This document shows, piece by piece, positions 50,101 through 62,100 of a stretch of 64,000 bases of DNA. Location: assembly GCA_051362555.1 (NCBI GenBank), contig CM120641.1, forward strand, positions 32,432,401 to 32,496,400, given 5' to 3'. The stretch's first letter is position 1; every line of letters begins with the position of its first letter. The position numbers and the translations under genes are program-made. Source of the stretch: Lingula anatina (taxonomy: Eukaryota > Animalia > Brachiopoda). The notes below the pieces were generated by a model. The model was not told where the DNA came from and searched no databases. It saw nothing but the letters and a program-made list of their open reading frames with translations.

Positions 50101-53100
50101 CCTGGTCCGCATGCTTGTCTGTATAATTAGAGCAAGAGTCTGGTCTGCGTCTTATTATAAATTTATCAGCTATAAGGTAATCCCTAAGAATTATACATGA
50201 AAGATATTGACAATAATTTTGTTCTATATATAATTATAATATCAGACTTTTTGTGTGACTTAAGAAATTGATATGACCCAATCATTAGATAGGTTTTTCT
50301 TTGTTCCTTTGTTTGGATTGTTAGCCAGGCTAGTATACACAAAAGATGGGCCAGCTATGATTTGTGCCAATTTCTTTCTTGCTGACCGCATGCAGGCTTA
50401 TATACTTTGTGCTTGATACAGTTTCTTTGCGATATTTTTGGGGTCTACCTTTGGTATCTATAGTATCCTGCTGAGCTCTCAACTCTTGCCATGTGGACAA
50501 AGGTAATATGTGGAGAGTATACCTGCCTGATGTGTAAACAGTTTGAGTAGAGCACACAGGATGCATTTCCTCATTTGCTACAATCTTCTTGTAGTATTAA
50601 CTGAAAAGACAGATCGGAATCACTTGGTAATCCCTCTTGCCTGTTCCGTTGTTCCTTGTTTCTCTCCCCTCTGGACAACATAGACTGGTCCTGCTGCCAG
50701 AGCTGTGCTATCTCTTGACATGCCTCGCAACTGCTGGGGCCATTCCTACCACAGAAAGAGATCATAATTTTACATGTGGTAAGAAAGAGAAAGAGAGAAG
50801 GAGAAACTTGCTATCATGTACAAACCCTCCAGTGATTGATCAGCCAGTGAATCATGGACTGCATGTGAACCTGTCCTGTAGTAAAGCGTCGGTATATCAG
50901 TGGATGTTCGGCCAAAGGGGAAAGCTAGTCGTCTCCAGTTTAAAGTGAGTCAGTCACTGTAGAGCAGCAAGCACTGATACCACCACTACCACCACCACCA
51001 TCAGTGCAGCAAACCAAAGTGCAATTGGATCCAATGTTCCTGTATCATAAGCCAGTGTACCAGGTGTGCCAGACAGGTTTTTGTAATCAAGGGTCTGGAG
51101 AGTTGAGAGAGGAGTTGTCATCTGGTTTACACTGCTGGCTGCCTGACCCAGCTGACAGGTGCTCTGGCCACTCCAGACAACTCCACTGAACATGGTTTAG
51201 ATTAACTTACTTGCTGAACAGCTCTAACTCGATTTAATTTGTTTTTCTAAGTGATTTTTACACATTTTTCTCTCATTCTTGTAGTTCTCAATCTCTCGTT
51301 TTAAAATTATCAATTTATTAATTCAATTATTTTTAGATATAAGTTGTATCCAATCTGTGGTAGCCTTCTTCTGTTGCAGTGTTCCAAAATCTTATAATAT
51401 AATAATATTTTTTTAATATATATATAAATATATATATTCTTATTTTGTATATAAAAGGTTCTACCCATTGCTGGGGAGCTTATGATAAGACGAAAAAAAA
51501 ATTATTTAAACTCTTCCTCCATTTTATTCACTACGACCATTACAAACAAAGCCTCATCAGGGGAATTCCTTGTATTTCTTAAATTGTATTCTTATGAAGA
51601 GCCTCCGAGCTTAATGTTTGTTGGCAATTAAAATTGGAGGAAGAGTTTGAATAATTTTTTTAAATCTTATATTTATAGTTTTATTGTGAGTTAAGAAATT
51701 ATTTTTAGTTTTCTTGTATCATTAAGGATGTCAAGTAAATAATTCAGTATATGGTGGCAATAGGGGTTCCAAGTTGCAAGTATATGTAACAATCCTAGGA
51801 TTTTCTTACAGTGTGTACGTTATCACATGCAATACATGTTTGATGGAACCTTTTCCTTTATTATGTATTAGTTGATATTCAATATGATAGTTGTCTTCAA
51901 AATAGGGCAGTTTAGGTTAAAGTGAAGGTGATACAAAAATGTTACAGAACTTGATCTTTTTTCAATACCAATGTCATGAATAATTGTGGTTTAGTGTTAT
52001 TGTTGCATGCTGTCATGATAAAAATTAAAAAGGGAGGGTATAATTCTTAGATCTTGTCAAAAACATCCAAAATAACTTATTACACCTTTAGAAAATACTT
52101 TGATTCATAATATACTATTTTCAAGGTAGCACATCTTCCTCTGTATATTCAGTGTTTTATCTTTAATTAATTTTGTGCTCTGCATGCTCTGGTATCTTGT
52201 GGCCTCAGCAGTCGTTTTCACTTAGCCGCCCCATGATTTATATGATACATTCTTCTGATAAACTCAGCCATCTTCAGTTTTCATCTGATATTACTTTCCA
52301 TTCCCTTTCTGGGCTGCAGGAAAGTAAAACTTCATTCCTCTTCAAATAAATATTTAATTACACCCCTCATAACATTTGAGCAGCACCAGTTAGTTGTCCA
52401 TGTCACAGGGCCAGGTTGGTTCAAAATTGGCCCCAGAATCTGGTTTGCATTCAGTGCTCTTTGTCCTGGGGAAGTGCTTTGCTATCAAATTGCTGGAGTG
52501 ATGGTTGGCAGCCATGTTGCCTGCCATGCGACCCAGATAATTGGAGCTGTGAGGTATAGAAGTAGTAGTCTGTGTGCAGTGCCCAAAGCTTTTATATGTG
52601 GAGTTGGTATAGAACTCCGGGGTCTCCTACGAAGTCCTCTCATTTGCCTGGCAAAAAGGTAAGGCTGTAGAAAATGAGACCATTTGAAATGCTTTGGCTT
52701 ACTGTTTCTTGTGTTAGTTTGTTCTATGCAGCATCTTTCGATATATACGACCAACAAGTTAAAGCTAATGGGGAAATGCCATGACCTAGATTCTGAGTGT
52801 TTTCACCAAACTTTGGTGTGAAAACAAGAGTTACTCGCTATTAGCATGATTCATTGCAGTAACCCCTTTAAACCAGCACATATTTTTGTTCTTGTTTCCT
52901 TGTGCCTTGGTTGCCGAATACTTTTCTTTGTGGTATATTACGATTTTGGGAGTAAGAGTTCTGCTTTAAAATGTGTGTGTGTCAGGATGCAGTCCCCCAC
53001 TTAAGAACTGTGTACAACTCAGAAATATGTGGAACATCAAAAGTTTGCTCCCATGAACTGAACCTATTAAAAAAGTTGAGGTTGTATAAAATATTTAAGA

Positions 53101-56100
53101 GCCTCTTTTTTTCTCAGCATGTCTCCACGTTGCTTTCCAAATTTGTCACTGAATGGTGAAAATGAAGGTATAGAATTACCTCTCACTCCAGGCAGTTCAT
53201 ACTTGTCTAGAAAATATGACATCCTGCAGTTCAGGATATTTCTTTGTTCTCAGTCTAGCTAGTTATATTAGTGTGTATGAATTTTTGGATAAATTTGGTA
53301 TTTTCCCTGCAGTCATTTTTCTCCTCCATATCCTTTCTGTACCAATGAACAGGGAGGAAGATGATACAAACCAGATGTTGCCAACTGAGTTTGCTTATAC
53401 AGTTTCCAGGATGGGCAAAGAGGCAGAATACCCAAAAACCCAGGCATTGTTATACACACACACACATACATATATATTCGTATTTTTGGTCAGAAAAATA
53501 TTATGTAAAACTATCAGTAGTGTTTGGAAATTGAACTTGGCTTCATCATTTGTTGTGTGCAAAGTTGAAAGTTGTAAGTGATCTCTAATTGGATATTTGT
53601 GTTATGAGAAACTTCCTGTAGCAAGATAGCCTTGTGGGAGATGGCTAATTACCTCATTTAGAAAATTTGACATTTCTGATAAAAAGTGTTTTGTAAAGGA
53701 TTTCAAATTTTGATCAAACTGCTGACAATTATGTCAATTATATACAGTAGTATTGCAATATTACAGCTTTGATTCAGGAAAATAGTAGAGGAGGCTAATC
53801 TGTGAAGGAAGTAGGAGTCAATTTGTTGGTTGCTGCAGATGTTATGAGTTGTCTTCTAGGACAGTTTTCTTGTGGTCAACCAGTCCTTCCCAGACAGAAA
53901 TAAATATTTGTTGGATTGATGCTCAAAACAGTTTTAACACAATTTGCAAATGTACAACTGAAGTTGATTTCAAAGAAAGGAATATTTCTGTAGTGTCGTT
54001 TTCTACCTTATGGATTCAAAATATGAAATGTAGAATTAACAATATGGAGGACAGGAGGTGCAGGCAATAAATACTGGAGATTTAACATGAAGTTTGCATT
54101 ATAGTCTATAAAGGGTTGTATTTTTCATATATATAGTGGGATTGGCATCATGTCCATCTTCTTTCAAACTGTTTGTTACTTTATGTACACAGTTAAGGAG
54201 GCAATCTCTCAATTTTATCAAAAAAAAAAAAGTTACGTACATTAATTTAAGGAGCTTTTCCTGTAAACTTCAAATTTGTTATGATAGCTCAACCATCTTT
54301 GATCTTTTTGTGTAGCCCAGCCACAAAATAATTCCATCTTTGTTTCCAACTGCCCCTTCAGTTTTACAAAGTAACAATGGACAGGCATTTGTTTGGTGTT
54401 TTAGCACCATTAAGGAGATCAAAACTCCCACTTTTATGACAGGCTTTCTGCACGTAGCTATTAGGTGAAAATTCATTGGCCTGGCCATCTGGAAAAACCA
54501 GCAAAGTCTCTTGATTTACTGCCTCTTGCTATAAAACAGAGCCTTTAGTAAAGGAAGGATAAATAGGTTAGATAACTTCAAAGAACCCTATTTTGTCTGG
54601 GACAGATAGGAAGAGTACAGAGGTAATATGAAGGTAGTTTTGTAGTTGTGTGTATCTTGTGGGCTGAATCTGTGAAATGTTTGTCATCCCTTACCAGTTG
54701 TTGGTTTTTACTAAAGTGATTTGTAAATTTTAGGAAGTTGCAAGTTTCTCACACTTTTTAGTGCGGAATATATAATTTGGTTTGACTGCCAATTTGACAC
54801 GGGTAATGCTTTTAACTGCAGTTGCTAATCACAGGGCCTTTTTAACTTTGCCATGTTGTAACACTGGGATAAAAAAATCTTAGAAGATCTTGTTTTGAAA
54901 ATTTTTTAGGGATGTCAGGTGTGGGCTATTTTAATTAGTAAGGATAGTCCCTTAGGGATAAGTTCTATTGTTGAAAACATTATCAAGTTAAATTTTTTGA
55001 TTAACATTCAGTCAAAGAATGTAAGCTCAGAAAAGTTGAATTATCTGTGGATTAGATTCTTAATTTTGATGCTGTTTGAAGGTTCACCTGACTCTCAGTT
55101 ATTGTGAATTGCCTGGTATCATTTTATCAGGGGCAATAATAAAAGTTTGACTGAGGATGATTTTATGTGATTTCATGTCATGTGAGATTTAAATTTGTAT
55201 GAATATCGAACATAGGAGATATGGCGTATTGACAAAAAAAAGTAAAACTGTCATGTTTCATAGCTTTGAAAAATAGATTTTGTTTTTCTGCATTTCTTCC
55301 ATGGAACAAGCATGTTTGACATTCTTGAATATGAAGAAGATGAGATATTTGAAAGGGTGAGCCATTCTGGCTTATCTCTCACTGCAACAGCTGTTAGCAA
55401 CAGTTTAATGTCTTCTCAGGTCACTATCTTTTTTGTTCAGTAATTATACCTTGATTTGAATCTTTAAAAAATGAACAATTTAGTCACATAAAATCTCCAC
55501 TCCCCCCCCCCCCCCCTCCTCCCCTCGAAACCATTGCTTCTGTTAATGGTCTTTTCCTGAGATAGAGACTTATATAATTCCATTTCTTTGTTCTGGAAAA
55601 ACAATTTCATTAATTTTACCTGGGGAATTTTGAAGCAAAGCTCCTTTTCCCAGCTGTTGCACATGTATTGACGGGAAAGGCTTAGGTTGCTATCATGGGG
55701 TATTGATCAAATACCTTAGAGGATATAGAAATGCTCAAGGAATTTTCCCACATTAGTTACTCAGAGAGAGAAAAAATTTCCTTGAAAGTCAAGAGTTGCA
55801 GACGTGCACTTTGTTTCCAAACAGCTTTTCTCTTCATATCATGTGACAAATTAATTAGCATGTATAAGTTTGCTTGTGATGATTAAAGTATTGTGCTCCT
55901 CTTCACGGAAGTGGATGACAAGATGGAAATGTATTACTATGATTTCTTAGTATTTCAACAGTGGATGTTAAGGGGCAAATCGCTCGATGCATTTGTTGCC
56001 ATGACAACAGAGAGGGATGAAAAACTCTTCATTGTTAGGGGCACTAATACATTGTCTTCTATTCCATCGCCAACTATTTTGGTTAAATTCAGAGCATGAT

Positions 56101-59100
56101 TTTCACCAAACTCCATGGTGAATTTTATTAAGTATGTTGGAAAATCATTACTTAGTTTATTGTATACAAATGGTATGTGGTATGGTACTGGTGATTCCTT
56201 ATGTGAATAAGTACAAATCACATATTGTTTTGTATATATTTTGACCAATCAGTGAGCAGCATTATCATCTGGGCTTGATCAGTTAAATTACCTTCTTAAT
56301 TGAAATCCCATTGTCTTGGATTTCGTTGTGTTTATTTAGTCCTGATATTACAAGAAACTTCCCTTTGACTGACCAGTGGATGGGACTTGAGTGAAACACA
56401 TTCACACAGACATAACATTCACTTCACTGAATTGTTGTTCTAAAAATAAAGTCAGTTTTTTTTTCCACTTTAAAGAAAAACTGGCAATATTGCATCATAA
56501 AGGAAAATGTTTACTTGGAAGTTTTTCATCTTTGGTAAACAAGTGAACCATTTTATCCTTTATCAAAACAAAGTGATCTGTCACTAATGACATTCATTTG
56601 GAAAAAAATATTTCATCACTTTTTAAATTTTTAATTGTCGGACATTTTTTTCTCTAAGTTAACCTGGATGTTATTTAACCATAGTTCTCTATGTGGTTGG
56701 TCTGCCCCTTCTTTTACCAAAGCTCGCCAAGTTTTGAAGACATCAGCAGTTTGATGGAGTAAAACTTGTGGTTTTCTTGTGTGTTTGGCATAATAAAAAT
56801 GCTGCTGGGTGAGTCACTCCATGCTTGAATGTTGTGTCAATCAAACAACTTTTGTGTTATTTCATTTCTGTAACTCGACTCATAAAAAACCTTGACCAGA
56901 AATGATAAAAAGTGGTGGCTGTCTCTTTAGTATCTGTCTTCAGCTGAACAAACAGACAAGGCAAGCTAATTATAGGAAGGGCAGAAGAAAGCCGAGGATC
57001 ATTCTGTAATTAGGAGGTGTCATGTCAATTTACTAAACCACTCAGAGATATAACATGATGTAAGAAAATGTATTGAAAATTAATTGTTAAGAATCCAGAT
57101 TAAATTGTAAGATCTGCATTTCATATAAAAGATATTTGCTCAACTTTTCGTGCATTTCATCTATTGGAATATAAGTTACTTGTGCGAAAAAGACTCAAGA
57201 GGCTTTATGTAGATGAAAGACAACAAAGGAGGTGAGAAAGAAGTCCCATTGTAGCTGAGAAGGAAATGCCCCCCCTTGGTGTTGATGGATCAGTTAAGAT
57301 AGTGGACAAGATAGCCATTGCCTCATGCTCAAGTATCCAAAACTACCACATACTGTGTAAGGAAGCTGAGGTGTCATCAACATATTGTATTAGAAGCTTG
57401 GGAGTTGGCTTTGAAGTGCTGGTCCTCAAGATGACATTTGTCTCTCTCTTCACTCACTGAAGTGGACCTAGTGGACAGTGGATGTCATATCAGATATCTG
57501 GTCAACATGTACAGTGGACTTTATCTGCTCCCTTCCTATATCTTTCCATTTGTGCAGGTAAAATTTCTATCACATTCCAAAATTGATGTGATATGAATTG
57601 TGAAGGGAAAACCTTATAGTTTCTTTTAAAGAGAAGCAGTCTCTAAATTCAACCATGAACATCAGTGAAGGGCTCATGGTTGTATTTTCGTAAGAATAGA
57701 CAAGCATTATATGTGCACAGGTAATAGTAGGATCTTAAGGTGTATATTCTTGGTAAAATCTAAATATTTATGCACATGGATAACTGCATGCTGCCTTCAT
57801 CTTCCTATAATCAAGGCCATTATGTATGCATGTGGAGTCGGGGGGTTACTCAGTACTCTTATGGGGTAGTCCACAGATCCAGCTACTCTCAGTCAGTTCT
57901 GGCACACATCATAACTGGTATTGTTCTGGAGAATCGTCCGAGTGATCATAGTTATACATTTTTTTTGTGGACAATGCTAAGAAGATGGTATTCAAAACCT
58001 TGCAAACATGCTGCTAAGGTAAAGTTGAGGAAAAGGATGGATTGTTTGTGAGGTTTGAATTTGGTGTCCCAATGTGGGTTATGATGTAGCGTTGGTTTGC
58101 ACATTTGTGTTCTTGTAGTAAATATGAAAATCACTGAGAAAGAACTTTCAAGTGATTTTATTAGTATGGCTTAGTTTGTTGAAGGTTTGAAAGTGCTATT
58201 TGTTAGGATATTTGTTAGCCAGTTAGGCAGGGTTTTTCACTGGAATATTTGGATGATATTGACCCATAATCATACACAGGGTTCATTATTAATTTTGTTT
58301 ACTTTTCAAGTAAATTTTGATGAAATGGAGATAGAAAAGGTCCACATATTCAAGTGTTGAGTTTTGCATAAGAATTGTTTGAGAATTGGATGGGGAAAAG
58401 AAGTAAACTGATGCAAATTTTGGCATGTTCAGTACAGGGTTGTTTAGTTAATGTCCAAACAGTTGAAAAGGAACCAGCCCTGCAAATCTTCATAGTTTTC
58501 TCTACCAAACAGAAGTAACGCTGTCTCCTCTGAAAATACAAGATTTCTTGTGTAAATAATAAGCAAAGAGAGTTTTAAGTTGCAACAACTCCCTTTTACT
58601 CTGGTCTACAATACTATCATTTAAGCCAGCAAACTTTGAGTGCTATTAAATTTGTGTAATTGGAGTAAAAAAAGTTACTGTTTTTCATCACTGCAGCAGG
58701 CTTAGTATTTAAGACCTACTTTTTGTTCCTTTGATCTTCTTGCAGAAAGGCAGAATGAGCAAATTATGAGTGCATTCTAGCCTGCAGTCTCCCACTCTGT
58801 AGTATTGGATGGGGAAATGGAGTAGTTGCAAATTTTTATTCGTTTCCTGAAGTATTTTTTCTTTGTGACATATTTTCAAAACCTTATAGAAGGTCGTTTG
58901 TGTATCTTTGGTTGATATTTGAATGAAAGAAGATGCCATAAAATCAGGATTTAATTTTAGAGAGACAGAATTTTGTAAACGAAGTTTTCACTAATGTTAG
59001 ATTTAATGAGCATGTCGTTATCTTTGCAGTACGAAGAATTTGGTCAAGATTCTCCAAGGTACACATCACCCAAACCAGGGTTGTATGGAGAACCACCATT

Positions 59101-62100
59101 CTTTATGGGTAAGTTGACATTTTATTTATTATGTACAGACACAGATGTGTCTGTACATATTGCCATCACCTGCGTCTGTCGTCGCCGTTCATGTCGCCGT
59201 CGATGTCGCCGTCGCCGTCGCCGTGCACTTTCAGCGTTAACACCATAAGTGGAAGACAGTTTTACTTTTTGGCTTTATATTTACAGAGCTGATGAATATT
59301 CATAAAATGCAGGTCAAGTTTGAAAATCAGCATGATCGGGCCATTATTCTAGAATTTATGCTGTTTTTTCACTTTTCAGCATATATGCAACACTGTTAAC
59401 ACATTTCAAAGAAAACCAATAGGCCTGTTGTCATGAAACTCACAGGAGTAATCAATCTTACTAAAACGCAGGTCAAGTTCGAAAATCGGCATGATCGGGC
59501 CACCATTTTAGTAGTTATGCTGTTTTTTCACTTTTCAGCATATATGCAACACTGTTAACACATTTCAAAGAAAACCGATAGGCCTGTTGTCATGAAACTC
59601 ACAGGAGTAATCAATCTTACTAAAACGCAGGTCAAGTTCGAAAATCTGCATGATCGGGCCATCATTTTAGTAGTTATGCTGTTTTTTTCACTTTTCAGCA
59701 TATATGCAACACTGTTAACACATTTCAAAGAAAACTGATAGGCCTGTTGTCATGAAACTCACAGGAGTAATCAATCTTACTAAAACGCAGGTCAAGTTCG
59801 AAAATCAGCATAATCGGGCCATTATTTTATAAGTTATGCTGTTTTTTCACATTTCTTCAGATTCAATTCTTAGGCATGTTAACAGTCTCATTATTTAACT
59901 AATAAGATACGTAAAAGTCTTTGTTTAACATTTCCTGCATCTTTACAACATTGTTAGTTGATTATGTAAAAATGATGGTAAGCTTGTTATCATGTATTGT
60001 ATAATAGAGTTTCAAAAATGGAAATAAACTCATATTATTGCAGTTTGTAAGATTCATTCATTCATTCACTATGTTCAAAAACTCAGAATGGAGGAAATTG
60101 GACATTAAACACTATTCTATTGGTATTTTTCCCATCTCATCAACTTTCTTAGTTGATCATATAAAAATGGCAGTAAAATGTTAATTTTGTTTTATGGTAA
60201 AAAAGTGTTAAAAATGGAAATAAACGCATTTCATAACAGTACTGTCTTGTCTACATTTTGGCATTTTCAAGTTGTGACTTTGAAGTTCCATGGGCCTGAA
60301 GACCTTTGCTAGTCACATTTTCTGAATATCCATGATACTAATATTTTATTATTAAAAATTGATGGTTATTATCCTGTTAAACATTATGTAATATTGCATC
60401 AAAATTTGAAGAAACCCCTATTTTGGACACTGCTCCCTTGATGACCATTTAAGGAAAACTATGTCACTTACTGTTCTCAAACTTACAGGAAAGAAACATG
60501 GGACTAAAATACAGTTTCATTAGGCAGTGCAGTCTATTTGGTAAATTTTTCTGGCAGTTAATCAGTTTTTTGTGAAAATTTAATTTTTCACATATTGGCA
60601 ATTTCAAGGTGTGACTTAGAACCACCTTGGGCTTGAAGACCCATGCTAGTCACATTTTCTGAAAATCCACGATACGTATATTTTATTATTAAAAACTGAT
60701 GGTCATTATGCTGTTAAGCATTATGAAATATTGCATCAAAATAGAAGAAAACACAATTTTGGGTATTGCTGCCATGATGACCATCATGGGAAAACCATAT
60801 TACTTATGATTGTCAAACTTTTAAAAAAGAAACACAGGACTAAAATGCAGCTCGAGTTGGAAAAGCAGTCTAATTGACTTCTTTTTCTGGAAGTTTTACA
60901 TTTTCAAAGTGTGAACTTGAACTCTCATGGGCCTGAAACCTTATGCTTGTTACACATTTTACTTACATTGGTATTACTTGTTGAGCATAATTAAAATTTG
61001 ATGTTGAATTTGCAGTTTAACATAATGTACTTTTACATCAGAATTGACAGTAGCCTATTTTGTTATTTCCTGCTTTTTGTCTGTACATTTGACAGCTTTG
61101 CTGCCTTGTTTTTTATTTTTAACAATTCATTTGTCAACAATCAGGCAGTTATAAAAAAATTAAATGTATGATAAAACTTGTGCAAATATGTTTATTTGTA
61201 AAGATTCTTTGGTATATGATTGATAAAAAAATAAATATATTCTAATTTCTGAGAAATGCTGAAGAATCATTCTGTTTGTAGCATGAACGCTCCCTGTTTA
61301 CGTGTTTAAACTCGTGTCATGAGATGATTACAAATTATTTGCTTTACTTGTTTCAGACGGTACACACAGTTCAACAGATTGGCCTTCCGGTAGTTTAGCA
61401 CCTTCATCATATCCTTCTTCCATGCTTCCAAGTACACCCCATTATTCACAACCAACATCATATAGCAGTATACAGCATCCACATGAAGCACTGGTAAGTT
61501 AATTGAAATTAGTCCAAAAAGAATTAAATTCAGATTTTGGTATTTTGCTGGGTAACGCAGATCACTGTTGTAATTTTTTAATGATTTGGAAAATGGATCT
61601 AACATGCAATATTATCTCTTTACTAGAAACTGAAAAATGATATTTTTGTTCTGATAGACTTATTGAAAATTTTGTAGCATCAAAAGTTTAATGTGGCAAT
61701 TTATTATGATAATTATGGCTGGCAGGAAACCAATGCTTATGCCAGAAAGTATTTATTTGAAATGTATTTTATATCTTATATCGTATTGTATTTTCAGGGC
61801 TACACAATGTCCCCAGCTCAGCATGGGGCCATAATGGCCCAATCAGGGCTTCCACCACTGTCCACGTTCCGTGACGGCACAGTGCCTCCCTCCTCCTCAT
61901 ACTCCAGTTCATCGCCAAACATGAACGGCTCAGACTTGCGCTCAGGCCAAGGAGCGGACAGAACGCCCGGGGATGCACTGGGAAAAGCTCTTGCATCTGT
62001 GAGTTCATTTTTTTTTTTTTTTTTATCTAGGGGAAAAAGATTTTATGACTTGAATTGATTTTTTAAGCAGATTTATAGATTATTAGTTCAAGAAATAAAG

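Noticed and set aside
56790-57231. ATG-to-donor units MLL-G/gtgagt (about 56790) and MKDNKG-G/gtgaga (57213-57231)
   Set aside because: Phase 1, incompatible with the next exon (59030, phase 0). They show that such units also arise by chance.
59108-59248. Arg-rich tail (CRRRSCRRRCRRRRRR) of ORF 58994-59248, protamine-like
   Set aside because: Read-through past the splice donor into the GTCGCC microsatellite of the HINE.
59303-59850. Regularly spaced repeats considered as a CRISPR-like array
   Set aside because: The whole 159-bp unit is repeated with no unique spacers; eukaryotic context and no cas genes.
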